DNA from: Candidatus Cloacimonadota bacterium
Lineage (GTDB): Bacteria; Cloacimonadota; Cloacimonadia; Cloacimonadales; Cloacimonadaceae
DNA: 64,000 nt
Assembly (NCBI GenBank): GCA_012522635.1
Contig: JAAYKA010000016.1
Coordinates: forward strand, 1,290 to 65,289
Direction of reading: 5' to 3'
Below, one piece after another: positions 33,947-42,101 of this stretch (positions within the stretch are counted from its first letter, which is position 1; each line of letters opens with the position of its first letter). A program made the position numbers and the translations under genes. Under the pieces are notes generated by a model that did not search any database, had not been told where the DNA came from, and worked only from the letters and a program-made list of their open reading frames with translations.

Positions 33947-35842
33947 TTATTTCATGAGGACGATGCGTCCGTTTTTCATTCTGCCGGAGCTGGACATGCG
34001 GAAATAATAAACTCCGCTTTGCGCTTTGCTGCCGTTGTTGTCGGTGCCATCCCAATTGAGATGAGCCTGTCCGGCGGCGTCGGCAGTGGTTACAAAGCTA
34101 CGAACCAACTGACCACGGGCGTTGTAGATGGAGAATTCAACCGGGGCGCCGGCTTTGCTTTGGATGCCGATTTCAGCGTTGCCACGGAAGGGGTTGGGAT
34201 GCACGCTTACGGCAAATTCGGCGGAAGCGACTTCATCATCATTTGCCACGCCCACATTGATGGTGACCACGTTTGAAGGATCAGACAGCATCATGGGATT
34301 GTTGAAAAGGGTGCAAATCCAATATTCATGGATGCCGGTGGGCACGTAGGTATCTGAAAAAGTGAGTGTGTTCGGGTTTGTGATGGTGGAGATGGTGAGG
34401 CCGTTGCGATAGAGGCGATAGCCAACCATTCCTTTGCCTTCGTAGTGAGCAGGACGTTCCCAAGTGAGCACAACAGTGTTGGGAGGCGTGAAGGTTCCCT
34501 GAAGATTGCGGGGAGCAGGTAAAACCTCGATGGGAAGGGTGTGGGCGCTCAGCACAGGGTCTCCGGGCATGCCGTGTTGGTCAACTGGGGTAACCTGGAA
34601 GGCAAGAGGGAAATCCAAATCTTCTTCGACAGGGCTGTAGCCAAGCTCGTTGGCGCCGTCAATGGCCTGGGGCACATTGTTAACGATACGATACCACTGG
34701 TAGATGGATTCGCCTTCAGGGTCACCGTCCGGGTCGGAGAATTGGTATTCGGCTGTGAGTTCCTGATTTATCACGGGAGCCCCGGTCACAAGGACGTCTT
34801 GCGCGATGGGCGGGTCGTTCAGGAAGCCGGTTCCGGAAAGCGGAACTTCGATGTTGGGATGGTTGTAAAGGTTTCCGGTGAGGGTCATGGTGCCGGTGTA
34901 AGTTTGAGCTGCGGTGGGTGTGAAACTCACATTCACTGTGGTGGATGAAGCTGCGGGGATATTGAAAGTGGTTGCGCTGCTGGAGAAAGCAGGGTTGTCG
35001 ATGCTGATGGTGCCGGTGGCGGGGCTGCCTTGGAAATTCACGATGGTGACGGGAATCACGGAGCTTCCGCCCACATACATATTGGGAAAATCAAGCTGTT
35101 CGTGGGAAAGCGGATAGGCGCCGACCAAAGCCGCCAGGGAATATTTCACACCCTGCAGAATTTCTTTGCTGGAGTAGTTTTGCAGGAAGAAAACAATTTC
35201 GCAGTTTGCGACGTTCCAAGTCGCGGTTGGAGTCATGGTGAGAGTGACAGTGGTGGTTTCGCCGGTGTCCAGGCTGATGATTGTTCCGTTTTGGTCGGGA
35301 GCCATGAGGCGGTTCACGTTATCCACGGTGGTTTGGTTTCCCCAGTTGAAGGGGATGTCCGATTCAGTGAGGACGGCATGCAGCCTGACGTCTGTGTTTG
35401 TATCAGCTTCGGGTTTGCTGACGGTCACCGCAATCTGATATTCGCTGCCCACCTGGTTTCCCAGCGCGCTAATCGAATAGTGGGAAGGAACCGCGAGACG
35501 GGCGTTAACCTTGGGCAGGTAGTTTGAATACATGGAATTGGTGGCGCTGCCTCCAGCCGTCTGATTCAATCCATCAAAATAAGCTGTGGGGAAGCCGCTG
35601 GGGTTATAATAATTGTTGCGGGCATTGGAATATGTGTTTGCAAAGCTATCGCCATTATGGTTTTTAATGACGGCGACAGCGTGGCCATTTTCAAGCAGGT
35701 CGTGGCAACCCATTGCCGCGCCTGGACAATAGCCACACCAAGTTCCGGTTGCCACTTCCACAACAACCAGTTCTCTGGGTACGGCTGTGAGGGCCGCAAA
35801 GAGGCCCAAAAGTGCGAGTATCACGAGAAAGCTTTTCTTCAT
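33947..35842 (-). CDS. secreted thioredoxin-fold (CxxC) protein with Ig-like/FN3-like repeats and a T9SS-type C-terminal sorting domain
   Basis: 631 aa with a signal peptide, VVEVATGTWCGYCPGAAMG, and a C-terminus HPNPFRGNAEIGIQ...FSIYNARGQLV...LNWDGTDNNGSKAQSGVYYFRM. Confidence 0.75.
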   Translation of the reverse strand: MKKSFLVILALLGLFAALTAVPRELVVVEVATGTWCGYCPGAAMGCHDLLENGHAVAVIKNHNGDSFANTYSNARNNYYNPSGFPTAYFDGLNQTAGGSATNSMYSNYLPKVNARLAVPSHYSISALGNQVGSEYQIAVTVSKPEADTNTDVRLHAVLTESDIPFNWGNQTTVDNVNRLMAPDQNGTIISLDTGETTTVTLTMTPTATWNVANCEIVFFLQNYSSKEILQGVKYSLAALVGAYPLSHEQLDFPNMYVGGSSVIPVTIVNFQGSPATGTISIDNPAFSSSATTFNIPAASSTTVNVSFTPTAAQTYTGTMTLTGNLYNHPNIEVPLSGTGFLNDPPIAQDVLVTGAPVINQELTAEYQFSDPDGDPEGESIYQWYRIVNNVPQAIDGANELGYSPVEEDLDFPLAFQVTPVDQHGMPGDPVLSAHTLPIEVLPAPRNLQGTFTPPNTVVLTWERPAHYEGKGMVGYRLYRNGLTISTITNPNTLTFSDTYVPTGIHEYWICTLFNNPMMLSDPSNVVTINVGVANDDEVASAEFAVSVHPNPFRGNAEIGIQSKAGAPVEFSIYNARGQLVRSFVTTADAAGQAHLNWDGTDNNGSKAQSGVYYFRMSSSGRMKNGRIVLMK

Positions 35843-35889
35843 CTCATTCTCCTTATGATGCGTTATAATTATTTTTGCTAATTGCGTCC

Positions 35890-35918
35890 AATATCTGGCG
35901 GATGTGGGTTTATGTCAA
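35890..35918 (-). promoter_or_regulatory. putative promoter of the 35842 gene
   Basis: On the minus strand: TTGACA (35918-35913), a 17-nt spacer, then GATATT (35895-35890). An AAGGAGA SD lies before the start. Confidence 0.3.
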
Positions 35919-36020
35919 GTTTTAATCTTGGCAACAGCTTTGAATTGCGTAAAGCTTGGATTGTGAGCCGTTTTCAGGAATTCCGTTTCAAAATGTTGAG
36001 GGAAAATCCAAGTGGTTGGA

Positions 36021-36671
36021 TTAGCGAATTTGGGCTTGAGGCAGGATTTTGGGAATCAAATCCAAAAGTTCTTCCGGGTGGTCGATTAGCCAGTCCGGTT
36101 TGTGTTTTTGCAGATTTTGGCGCGAGTGCAATCCCCAGGTGACGCTGATGACCTTGATTCCACTGCGGCGGGCTGCTTTAATGTCGCGAACTTCGTCTCC
36201 GATGTAAAGCGTGTTTTCCTTTTTCAGACCGTGTTTTTTGATTTGATCCTTGATGCTGCGATGTTTGCGCAGGATGCCGTGAGTGCCTTCCACCCAATCG
36301 AAACAGCCGATGTTGTGATGGCTCAAAAAGCTGTGAAGATTGTCGGTGTTATTTGAACTCACCAAACCCAGGCCAATGCCACCAGAGCTGAGCTCTTTGA
36401 GGGCGGACACGATGCCCGGATAGGGTTTCAGGGAATGGATGATGTGGCGATATTCCTGCAAAACCAAGGTGATGGCCTGTCCAAGTTTCCAGATTGGGAA
36501 ATCCACTTCGCGCGCGGCTTTGCGAAAAGGAAGGTCGCGAAGCTTTTCAAAATGTTCGTGATCCAAACCGCGGAAACCATAGCGCGGGGCAAGGTTGTTG
36601 ATGATATCCAGGATGGCGGAAATTGAATCGGCAAGGGTGCCGTCAAAATCGCAGATGAGGGTGGGTTTCAT
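36021..36671 (-). CDS. HAD-superfamily hydrolase (phosphoglycolate-phosphatase-like)
   Basis: 216 aa with motif I ICDFDGTLADS and motif IV YIGDEVRD. It overlaps the rsmI stop by 4 nt. Confidence 0.8.
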   Translation of the reverse strand: MKPTLICDFDGTLADSISAILDIINNLAPRYGFRGLDHEHFEKLRDLPFRKAAREVDFPIWKLGQAITLVLQEYRHIIHSLKPYPGIVSALKELSSGGIGLGLVSSNNTDNLHSFLSHHNIGCFDWVEGTHGILRKHRSIKDQIKKHGLKKENTLYIGDEVRDIKAARRSGIKVISVTWGLHSRQNLQKHKPDWLIDHPEELLDLIPKILPQAQIR

Positions 36672-37507
36672 CCTGTTTTTTCCCGTGCTTTCAAGGCAAG
36701 CCGATAGGCGCGGTTGGGACTGATTTCGAAACGTTCTTCCAGAATCTGGGCGAGGTTTTTGGCGCTCTGCGCCCGCTCTGCCTGAGCTTCGATGAAAGCG
36801 ATGATTTCCTCATCTGAAGCGGTTTGTGGGGCGGGAGCGGCTTCAATCAGGATGACAAATTCGCCCTTTTCGGTGACAGCGTAATCCGCCAAAATATCCT
36901 CAAGGCTGGCGCGGACGAACTCTTCATGCAGTTTGCTGATTTCACGTGCCAGACAAATTTGGCGGTTTCCACAGACGCGCAGGATGTCTTCCAAACTTTG
37001 CCTGAGGCGGTGGGGCGCTTCGTAGAGCGCGACGGTGTGGGGTGAGGTTTTTATCTGTTCCAGCCTTGCCAGGCGGTCTTTTTGTTTGAGGGGTAGAAAG
37101 CCCAAAAACAGGAAGCCGGAGCAATCCAAACCGGAGGCGGTGAGCGCTGGAATGAGGGCTGTGGCTCCGGGCAGAGGGACAACCTGGAAGCCTTGTTGGA
37201 TGGCGGCTTGAACCAGAATGGTGGCTGGGTCGGAGATCCCCGGGCTGCCGGCATCGGAAACAACAGCGACGTTTTTTCCTGCGCGGAGCAGAGCGAGGAT
37301 CTCACCCAAGCGCTTCTTTTCGTTATATTTGTGCAGGCTGAGCAGCCTGGCTGGTTTTATCTCATAATGTTGGAGCAGGAAGCTGGTCTTGCGCGTATCT
37401 TCGCAGGCGATGAGATCAGCGTTTCTCAGTGTTTCGAGGGCTCTGAGGCTGATGTCGCCCAGGTTTCCAATCGGAACCGGAACCAGGAAGAGGCAAGCCG
37501 GCGCCAA
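36668..37507 (-). CDS. rsmI: 16S rRNA (cytidine1402-2'-O)-methyltransferase
   Basis: 279 aa with LFLVPVPIGNLGDISLRALETLRNADLIACEDTRKT. Confidence 0.9.
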   Translation of the reverse strand: MAPACLFLVPVPIGNLGDISLRALETLRNADLIACEDTRKTSFLLQHYEIKPARLLSLHKYNEKKRLGEILALLRAGKNVAVVSDAGSPGISDPATILVQAAIQQGFQVVPLPGATALIPALTASGLDCSGFLFLGFLPLKQKDRLARLEQIKTSPHTVALYEAPHRLRQSLEDILRVCGNRQICLAREISKLHEEFVRASLEDILADYAVTEKGEFVILIEAAPAPQTASDEEIIAFIEAQAERAQSAKNLAQILEERFEISPNRAYRLALKAREKTG

Positions 37508-37517
37508 ATGTTTTCCT

Positions 37518-38705
37518 TTAGATGAGATTCAGCTCTTTGCCGACCTTGATGAAGGCGGCGATGGCTTTATCCAGGTCTTCGCGGGTGTGGGCGGCGGAAA
37601 GCTGGACGCGGATGCGGGCTCTTCCTTTGGGAACGACGGGATAGACGAAGCCAATCACGTAGATTCCTTCTTCCAAAAGCATGTCAGCCACTTTCATCGC
37701 CAAAGGTTCGTCGTGAAGCATCACGGGCACGATGGCGGTGTTTCCTTCCACGATTTCGAAGCCGGCTTTAATCATTTCCTCGCGGAAATAGCGGGCATTT
37801 TCCCAAACACGGTCGCGCAGTTCCGAGGAGCCGGAAAGCAGTTCGATGACTTTGAGGCTGGCTCCCACAACGGAGGGGGCAACACTGTTTGAAAAGAGGT
37901 AGGGACGGCTGCGTTGGCGCAGGAGTTCGATGATTTCACGGCGTCCGGAAGTGAAACCGCCGTTGGCTCCGCCCATGGCTTTGCCCAGGGTGCTGGTGAC
38001 GAGATCAACACGATCCTGCACACCAAATTCCTCCGGGGTGCCGCGTCCGTTGGGTCCGATGTAGCCTGTGGCGTGGGAATCGTCAACCAGGACGAGCGCG
38101 TCATATTTATCTGCCAAGTCGCAGATTTCGGGAAGTTTTGCCATGTCGCCATCCATGGAAAAAACTCCATCGGTGCAGATGAGGCGATATTTCGCGTCTT
38201 GGGAGGCGATGAGATGCTGTTCCAATTCTTCCATATTGGAATGTTTGTAGCGATAGCGCTGCGCCTTGCAAAGACGGACGCCATCGATGATGGAAGCGTG
38301 GTTCAGCTCGTCGGAAATGATGGCGGAATCTTCTCCCAAAAGAGGTTCGAACACACCGCCATTGGCATCAAAACATGCCACGTAGAGGATGGTGTCTTCG
38401 GTTCCCAGGAATTCGGAAATCTTTTGCTCCAAATCCTTGTGAATCTGTTGGGTTCCGCAGATGAAACGAACGGAGGCGAGACCATAGCCCCAGTCGTTCA
38501 TGATATCCTGGGCGGCTTTGACCACTTCGGGGTGGTTTCCCAAGCCTAGATAGTTGTTCGCGCAAAAGTTCATCACGGTTTGTCCCGTGCTGACGCCGAT
38601 ATTGGCGCCTTGGGGAGTGGTGATGACGCGCTCTTTTTTGTACAGTCCCTGTTGTTTCAGCTCTTCGAACAGGTTTTGCAGGTCGGTTTTCATTTTGCCA
38701 TACAT
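37518..38705 (-). CDS. kbl: glycine C-acetyltransferase (2-amino-3-ketobutyrate CoA ligase)
   Basis: Class II aminotransferase fold with the PLP lysine motif STLGKAMGG. The start is set at [11 protein letters not shown] (ATG 38705-38703), which has a GGAGG SD 6 nt upstream. The track start at 38741 lacks an SD. Confidence 0.85.
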   Translation of the reverse strand: MYGKMKTDLQNLFEELKQQGLYKKERVITTPQGANIGVSTGQTVMNFCANNYLGLGNHPEVVKAAQDIMNDWGYGLASVRFICGTQQIHKDLEQKISEFLGTEDTILYVACFDANGGVFEPLLGEDSAIISDELNHASIIDGVRLCKAQRYRYKHSNMEELEQHLIASQDAKYRLICTDGVFSMDGDMAKLPEICDLADKYDALVLVDDSHATGYIGPNGRGTPEEFGVQDRVDLVTSTLGKAMGGANGGFTSGRREIIELLRQRSRPYLFSNSVAPSVVGASLKVIELLSGSSELRDRVWENARYFREEMIKAGFEIVEGNTAIVPVMLHDEPLAMKVADMLLEEGIYVIGFVYPVVPKGRARIRVQLSAAHTREDLDKAIAAFIKVGKELNLI

Positions 38706-38768
38706 GGCAAACCTCCATGTGTTTTTTTCTATTACCGTCATTATTTGGGAGGCACTGAAACAGTCAAC

Positions 38769-38793
38769 AAAAAAAGCTCCCGGTGAGGGGAGC
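38769..38793 (-). terminator. rho-independent terminator after tRNA-Leu
   Basis: The minus strand has a GCTCCC-CTCACC-GGGAGC hairpin followed by TTTTTTT. Confidence 0.6.
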
Positions 38794-38800
38794 CATTTAA

Positions 38801-38889
38801 TGGTGCAGAAGGCGGGACTCGAACCCGCACACCCGTTACAGGCACAAGATCCTTAGTCTTGCGTGTCTGCCAAATTCCACCACTTCTGC
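38801..38889 (-). tRNA. tRNA-Leu with anticodon AAG (A at wobble position 34), CCA encoded
   Basis: Hand fold: acceptor GCAGAAG/CTTCTGC, D stem GTG/CAC, anticodon stem CAAGA/TCTTG with 7-nt loop C-T-A-A-G-G-A, a long variable arm, and T arm GCGGG-TTCGAGT-CCCGC. It aligns position by position with the E. coli tRNA-Leu layout. Confidence 0.85.
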
Positions 38890-38904
38890 ATGATAAAAAT
38901 TTTG

Positions 38905-39252
38905 TTATTCGCCATTGGGCGCCGGAGCGGGAGTTGTTTTCTCGGCTGGGGCGGGTTTCGCGGCTTCGGTCTGTTTTCCTTCGTCAAACTTCATCTTTTG
39001 GGCAGCGCCGGTGGGTTTATTGGGCGCTTTGCTAACCTGAAAAGCCAAAAAGAGGCAGGAAACGACGAAGATTACGCCGAGGATTTGGGTCCATTTGCGC
39101 AGAAATTTGGAGGCGCCACTGCCGCCAAAAACGTTCACAGCGGCTCCGCCAAGATTGGCATCCAAACCACCTTTTGAGGTTTGGGCCAAAATGACCAGAA
39201 CCAGCGCGACGCTAATCAATATGTGGATTACCAAGGCAATCGTATAAATCAT
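38905..39252 (-). CDS. secG: preprotein translocase subunit SecG
   Basis: 115 aa with two TM helices and the SecG-like motif ILAQTSKGGLDANLGGAAVNVFGGSGASKFL. The C-terminal tail is Ala/Pro/Lys-rich. Confidence 0.8.
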   Translation of the reverse strand: MIYTIALVIHILISVALVLVILAQTSKGGLDANLGGAAVNVFGGSGASKFLRKWTQILGVIFVVSCLFLAFQVSKAPNKPTGAAQKMKFDEGKQTEAAKPAPAEKTTPAPAPNGE

Positions 39253-39294
39253 GTTAAAATCCTTTGAAAGTTCAAAAAAAGCTTTGTTCTTGCA

Positions 39295-40239
39295 CTAAAA
39301 TTCTGATGGCGTTTTTTTGTCAATCAGAAAATCCAACCGGGACGCAAAAATGCTGAGTAACATCGCTGCTAAAATAAGCGCGGCGCCAAACAGGGAGCCG
39401 ATTTCCAGCTTTTCCCGCAAAAGTAGCCAGCCTCCAAACATGGCAAATACGGCTTCGGAACAAAGAATCACACTGGCGGCTTGGGGAGGCACCTTTTTTT
39501 GGGCGTGAAGCTGCAGAGTGAAGGCAAGACCCACAGACATCAAACCAGCGTAGAGCAAAGCCGGTACCGCTGATTTCAGGGAAAGGAAAAAGTCAGGCAA
39601 GGAAAATGGTTTTGGGGCAAACAGGTTGTAGATGAAGCCGGCTACCAGGCTCAACAGACTGGAAAGCAGATATTGGCTTTTGGCGAGGCTGAGACTGGAA
39701 TGCAGCTTTGTGAGGCGGTCGATTGTCTGCACATGGAAAGCCCAAAACACGGCTCCCACCAACACGAAAAGATTGCCCAGGGAAGCCTGAAAACTTGGCC
39801 TGCCATTGATTAAAAGAAGTCCAAGCACGCTCAAAGCCATAACCAACACCGTTTTTAAGCCGATTTTTTGCCCTCTTCCCAAACCAATCAGAGGCACGAA
39901 AACCACGTATAGACCTGTGATGAAACCAGCGCTTCCCGCGGTGGTCCAAAGCAGACCAAGCTGTTGGAAGCTGGAGGCAATAAAAAGCAGCAAGCCCAAT
40001 AACAGCGGTCCTTTTCGGTCATGTTGCTTTTTTGGATCTGGTTCTTCAGTTTTTTTGGAAAACAAGCCCAGGATTTGCACAAAAAGGGCTCCCAAAGCAA
40101 ACCGCAGAGCGTTAAAGGTGAATGGATCAAGATATTCCATTCCCTTGCGCTGCGCCACGAAGGCGAAACCCCAGATGGCGGCGGCGAGCAGTAAAAGCAA
40201 ATGAGCAAGCACGTTGGGGCGCCTCAATCCCTCTTGCAA
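39295..40239 (-). CDS. DMT-superfamily (EamA-type) transporter
   Basis: 314 aa, about 10 TM helices, duplicated EamA-like halves (AAAIWGFAFVAQRKGM...). Confidence 0.8.
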   Translation of the reverse strand: MQEGLRRPNVLAHLLLLLAAAIWGFAFVAQRKGMEYLDPFTFNALRFALGALFVQILGLFSKKTEEPDPKKQHDRKGPLLLGLLLFIASSFQQLGLLWTTAGSAGFITGLYVVFVPLIGLGRGQKIGLKTVLVMALSVLGLLLINGRPSFQASLGNLFVLVGAVFWAFHVQTIDRLTKLHSSLSLAKSQYLLSSLLSLVAGFIYNLFAPKPFSLPDFFLSLKSAVPALLYAGLMSVGLAFTLQLHAQKKVPPQAASVILCSEAVFAMFGGWLLLREKLEIGSLFGAALILAAMLLSIFASRLDFLIDKKTPSEF

Positions 40240-40511
40240 CTGCGTCTGCGCGTGAAAGACACACTTCCAAACCCGCCTGCCACGCCTAGGTAATAGCCCA
40301 AATCGTAGAGCCAGCCGGTATTAAAATATTCGTAGATGCGAACCTCGCGGTTGAAAAACTGCCAGATGAGCGTGATGGGCGCAATCCAGCCATGCCAGAT
40401 GCCCATGAAAAACCCAGCGCGGTTTTCAGCGGAGCGGTCGCTCACACCCGGGGCGCAGGAAAAAAGCAGAAAGCAGAGTAATCCTAAAAAAACAAGGGTT
40501 TTGATTTTCAT
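40224..40511 (-). CDS. small lipoprotein/membrane protein, unknown function
   Basis: 95 aa with a lipobox LLFSC after a signal peptide and a Trp/Tyr-rich hydrophobic core. Confidence 0.45.
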   Translation of the reverse strand: MKIKTLVFLGLLCFLLFSCAPGVSDRSAENRAGFFMGIWHGWIAPITLIWQFFNREVRIYEYFNTGWLYDLGYYLGVAGGFGSVSFTRRRSCKRD

Positions 40512-40715
40512 ATTGAACTCCCGCTCACAGAAAAATGTTGCAAGCCAAAAAGGTCAAGAATAATCTTTATACGCGGCTTTTAAATGTTGCGCGCTGGCCA
40601 GAAAAGACTATCTTGTTGATGGATGTCCGCCATTCAGATTAATTTGATGTTTGCCGCAATAAGATGGATTGCCAAAAAACAGCACAAGACCGAATGAATA
40701 GACGAGGTATAAAGA

Positions 40716-40982
40716 ATGAAATACACTTTGCCGGATGGTCGCAGCTTCATGCTGGACAAGGTCTTACGGGTCTCGAAGATCCGGGACGCAGGCGTGACAG
40801 GCGATTTGGTGGAATACGGCAGGCTTTCCTTCAACATCACCGTGGCAGACAGTGAGACGATTGAAGTGTCTTTCCAATACCTCTATTCAGACTGGCCGGA
40901 ACAGAAGAAAAGGCTTTCTCAAATTCGTGAAAAATTGCTGGAGGCGATTCGAGAAATGGGTTTGGAGGTGGACGACAGTTGA
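40716..40982 (+). CDS. hypothetical 88-aa protein
   Basis: ORF with a GAGG SD-like sequence 8 nt upstream. No recognisable motifs. Confidence 0.4.
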   Translation: MKYTLPDGRSFMLDKVLRVSKIRDAGVTGDLVEYGRLSFNITVADSETIEVSFQYLYSDWPEQKKRLSQIREKLLEAIREMGLEVDDS

Positions 40983-41184
40983 GCCTGGTCAGCGCCAATT
41001 GTCGCCAGAATTCCCCAAAAATCCTTCAATAATAATGAACGAGTCTGTTGTTTTTGGGTCATAAAGCCCTAAACCTATGTGTCGCTTAACTTTGCTTTTG
41101 AAACATAAGGGAGACATAAGGCGGCTACCAAGAACCAGCCAATTCTTTCAAACAAGACGGCAGTTTTTTCCGATATAAAAACCG

Positions 41185-42081
41185 CTATTTTATCAGTTTC
41201 AGAATCTCATCGGTGATGCTGATGGTCATAAAATCCCGATAGGCATAGGGTTTCTGAAATTCCACCCCGTAGGCTTTGATTTTTACCTCACCATCCACCC
41301 GGTAATTAACTTCACCGTTTATAGCGCCTTTGGCAAGGTTGTAGATGGCTTTGAGGTTGTTGACTTTAAAAATCATCGTTCCCTCGCGGGAATAGACTTT
41401 TTCATCGAAATGGAGGGCTTTATCCAGGTTTCCAACCCCGGATTCCGCGTTTCCGATGGTGATGGTGGCGGGAAAATCTTCCAGGGAAAATTTGAAGCCG
41501 TAGGGGTTTAGAATGAAAAAATCCACCAGAATTTGGGATTCCGTTAATCCAATTTTGCCCATATAGCTGCGTTTGATTTTGAAGATGTCTTCGCCGCTCA
41601 CCTGGAAGCTGCCGATGGAATTTTGCAGCTCTTCCTTGATGTCAATTTCGAAGGGTTCTTCAAAGGTGAATCTTTGTTTGCTGCAGCCAACCTTGCCCTG
41701 TCCCATGCCGGCGATATAAACGAAAACCTTTTGCTGGGAATGGTTAACCAGCTTCACGGTGGAGCGGGTGTCCAGGGTCAGGTCAAAATCCAGGGCGTTG
41801 GATTTTTTGGATGGAATTTCCACGGAACGGCTCAGCTTGGCGGTGCCGATTTTCTCCCGGTTTTTGCTCAGGAGATCCACACCCAGGTCGGTCAGTGTGA
41901 GTTTGTAGCGGTTTGGGTTCAGAACCCGCAAGGAAAGCTCCACCTTGATTTTATCCGGGTCGATGGAAGCCACCTTGAGTTCGTGAACTTTTTCCACCTT
42001 GGGGCTTCTGTAGAGGAATTTGCAGGACGACAGTCCCAGCAGCGCAATTAGGCTTAAAATCAGAACCAGTGTCTTTTTCAT
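41185..42081 (-). CDS. lipoprotein with tandem LEA_2 / NDR1-HIN1-like domains
   Basis: 298 aa with lipobox LGLSSC. There are two repeats of the pattern 'V..I....i.v.L.l.v.NPN.y.l.l......l' (LSLRVLNPNRYKLTLTDLGVDL and FFILNPYGFKFSLEDFPATI). Confidence 0.55.
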   Translation of the reverse strand: MKKTLVLILSLIALLGLSSCKFLYRSPKVEKVHELKVASIDPDKIKVELSLRVLNPNRYKLTLTDLGVDLLSKNREKIGTAKLSRSVEIPSKKSNALDFDLTLDTRSTVKLVNHSQQKVFVYIAGMGQGKVGCSKQRFTFEEPFEIDIKEELQNSIGSFQVSGEDIFKIKRSYMGKIGLTESQILVDFFILNPYGFKFSLEDFPATITIGNAESGVGNLDKALHFDEKVYSREGTMIFKVNNLKAIYNLAKGAINGEVNYRVDGEVKIKAYGVEFQKPYAYRDFMTISITDEILKLIK

Positions 42082-42101
42082 GGGTTACCTCTGTATTTTT
42101 A

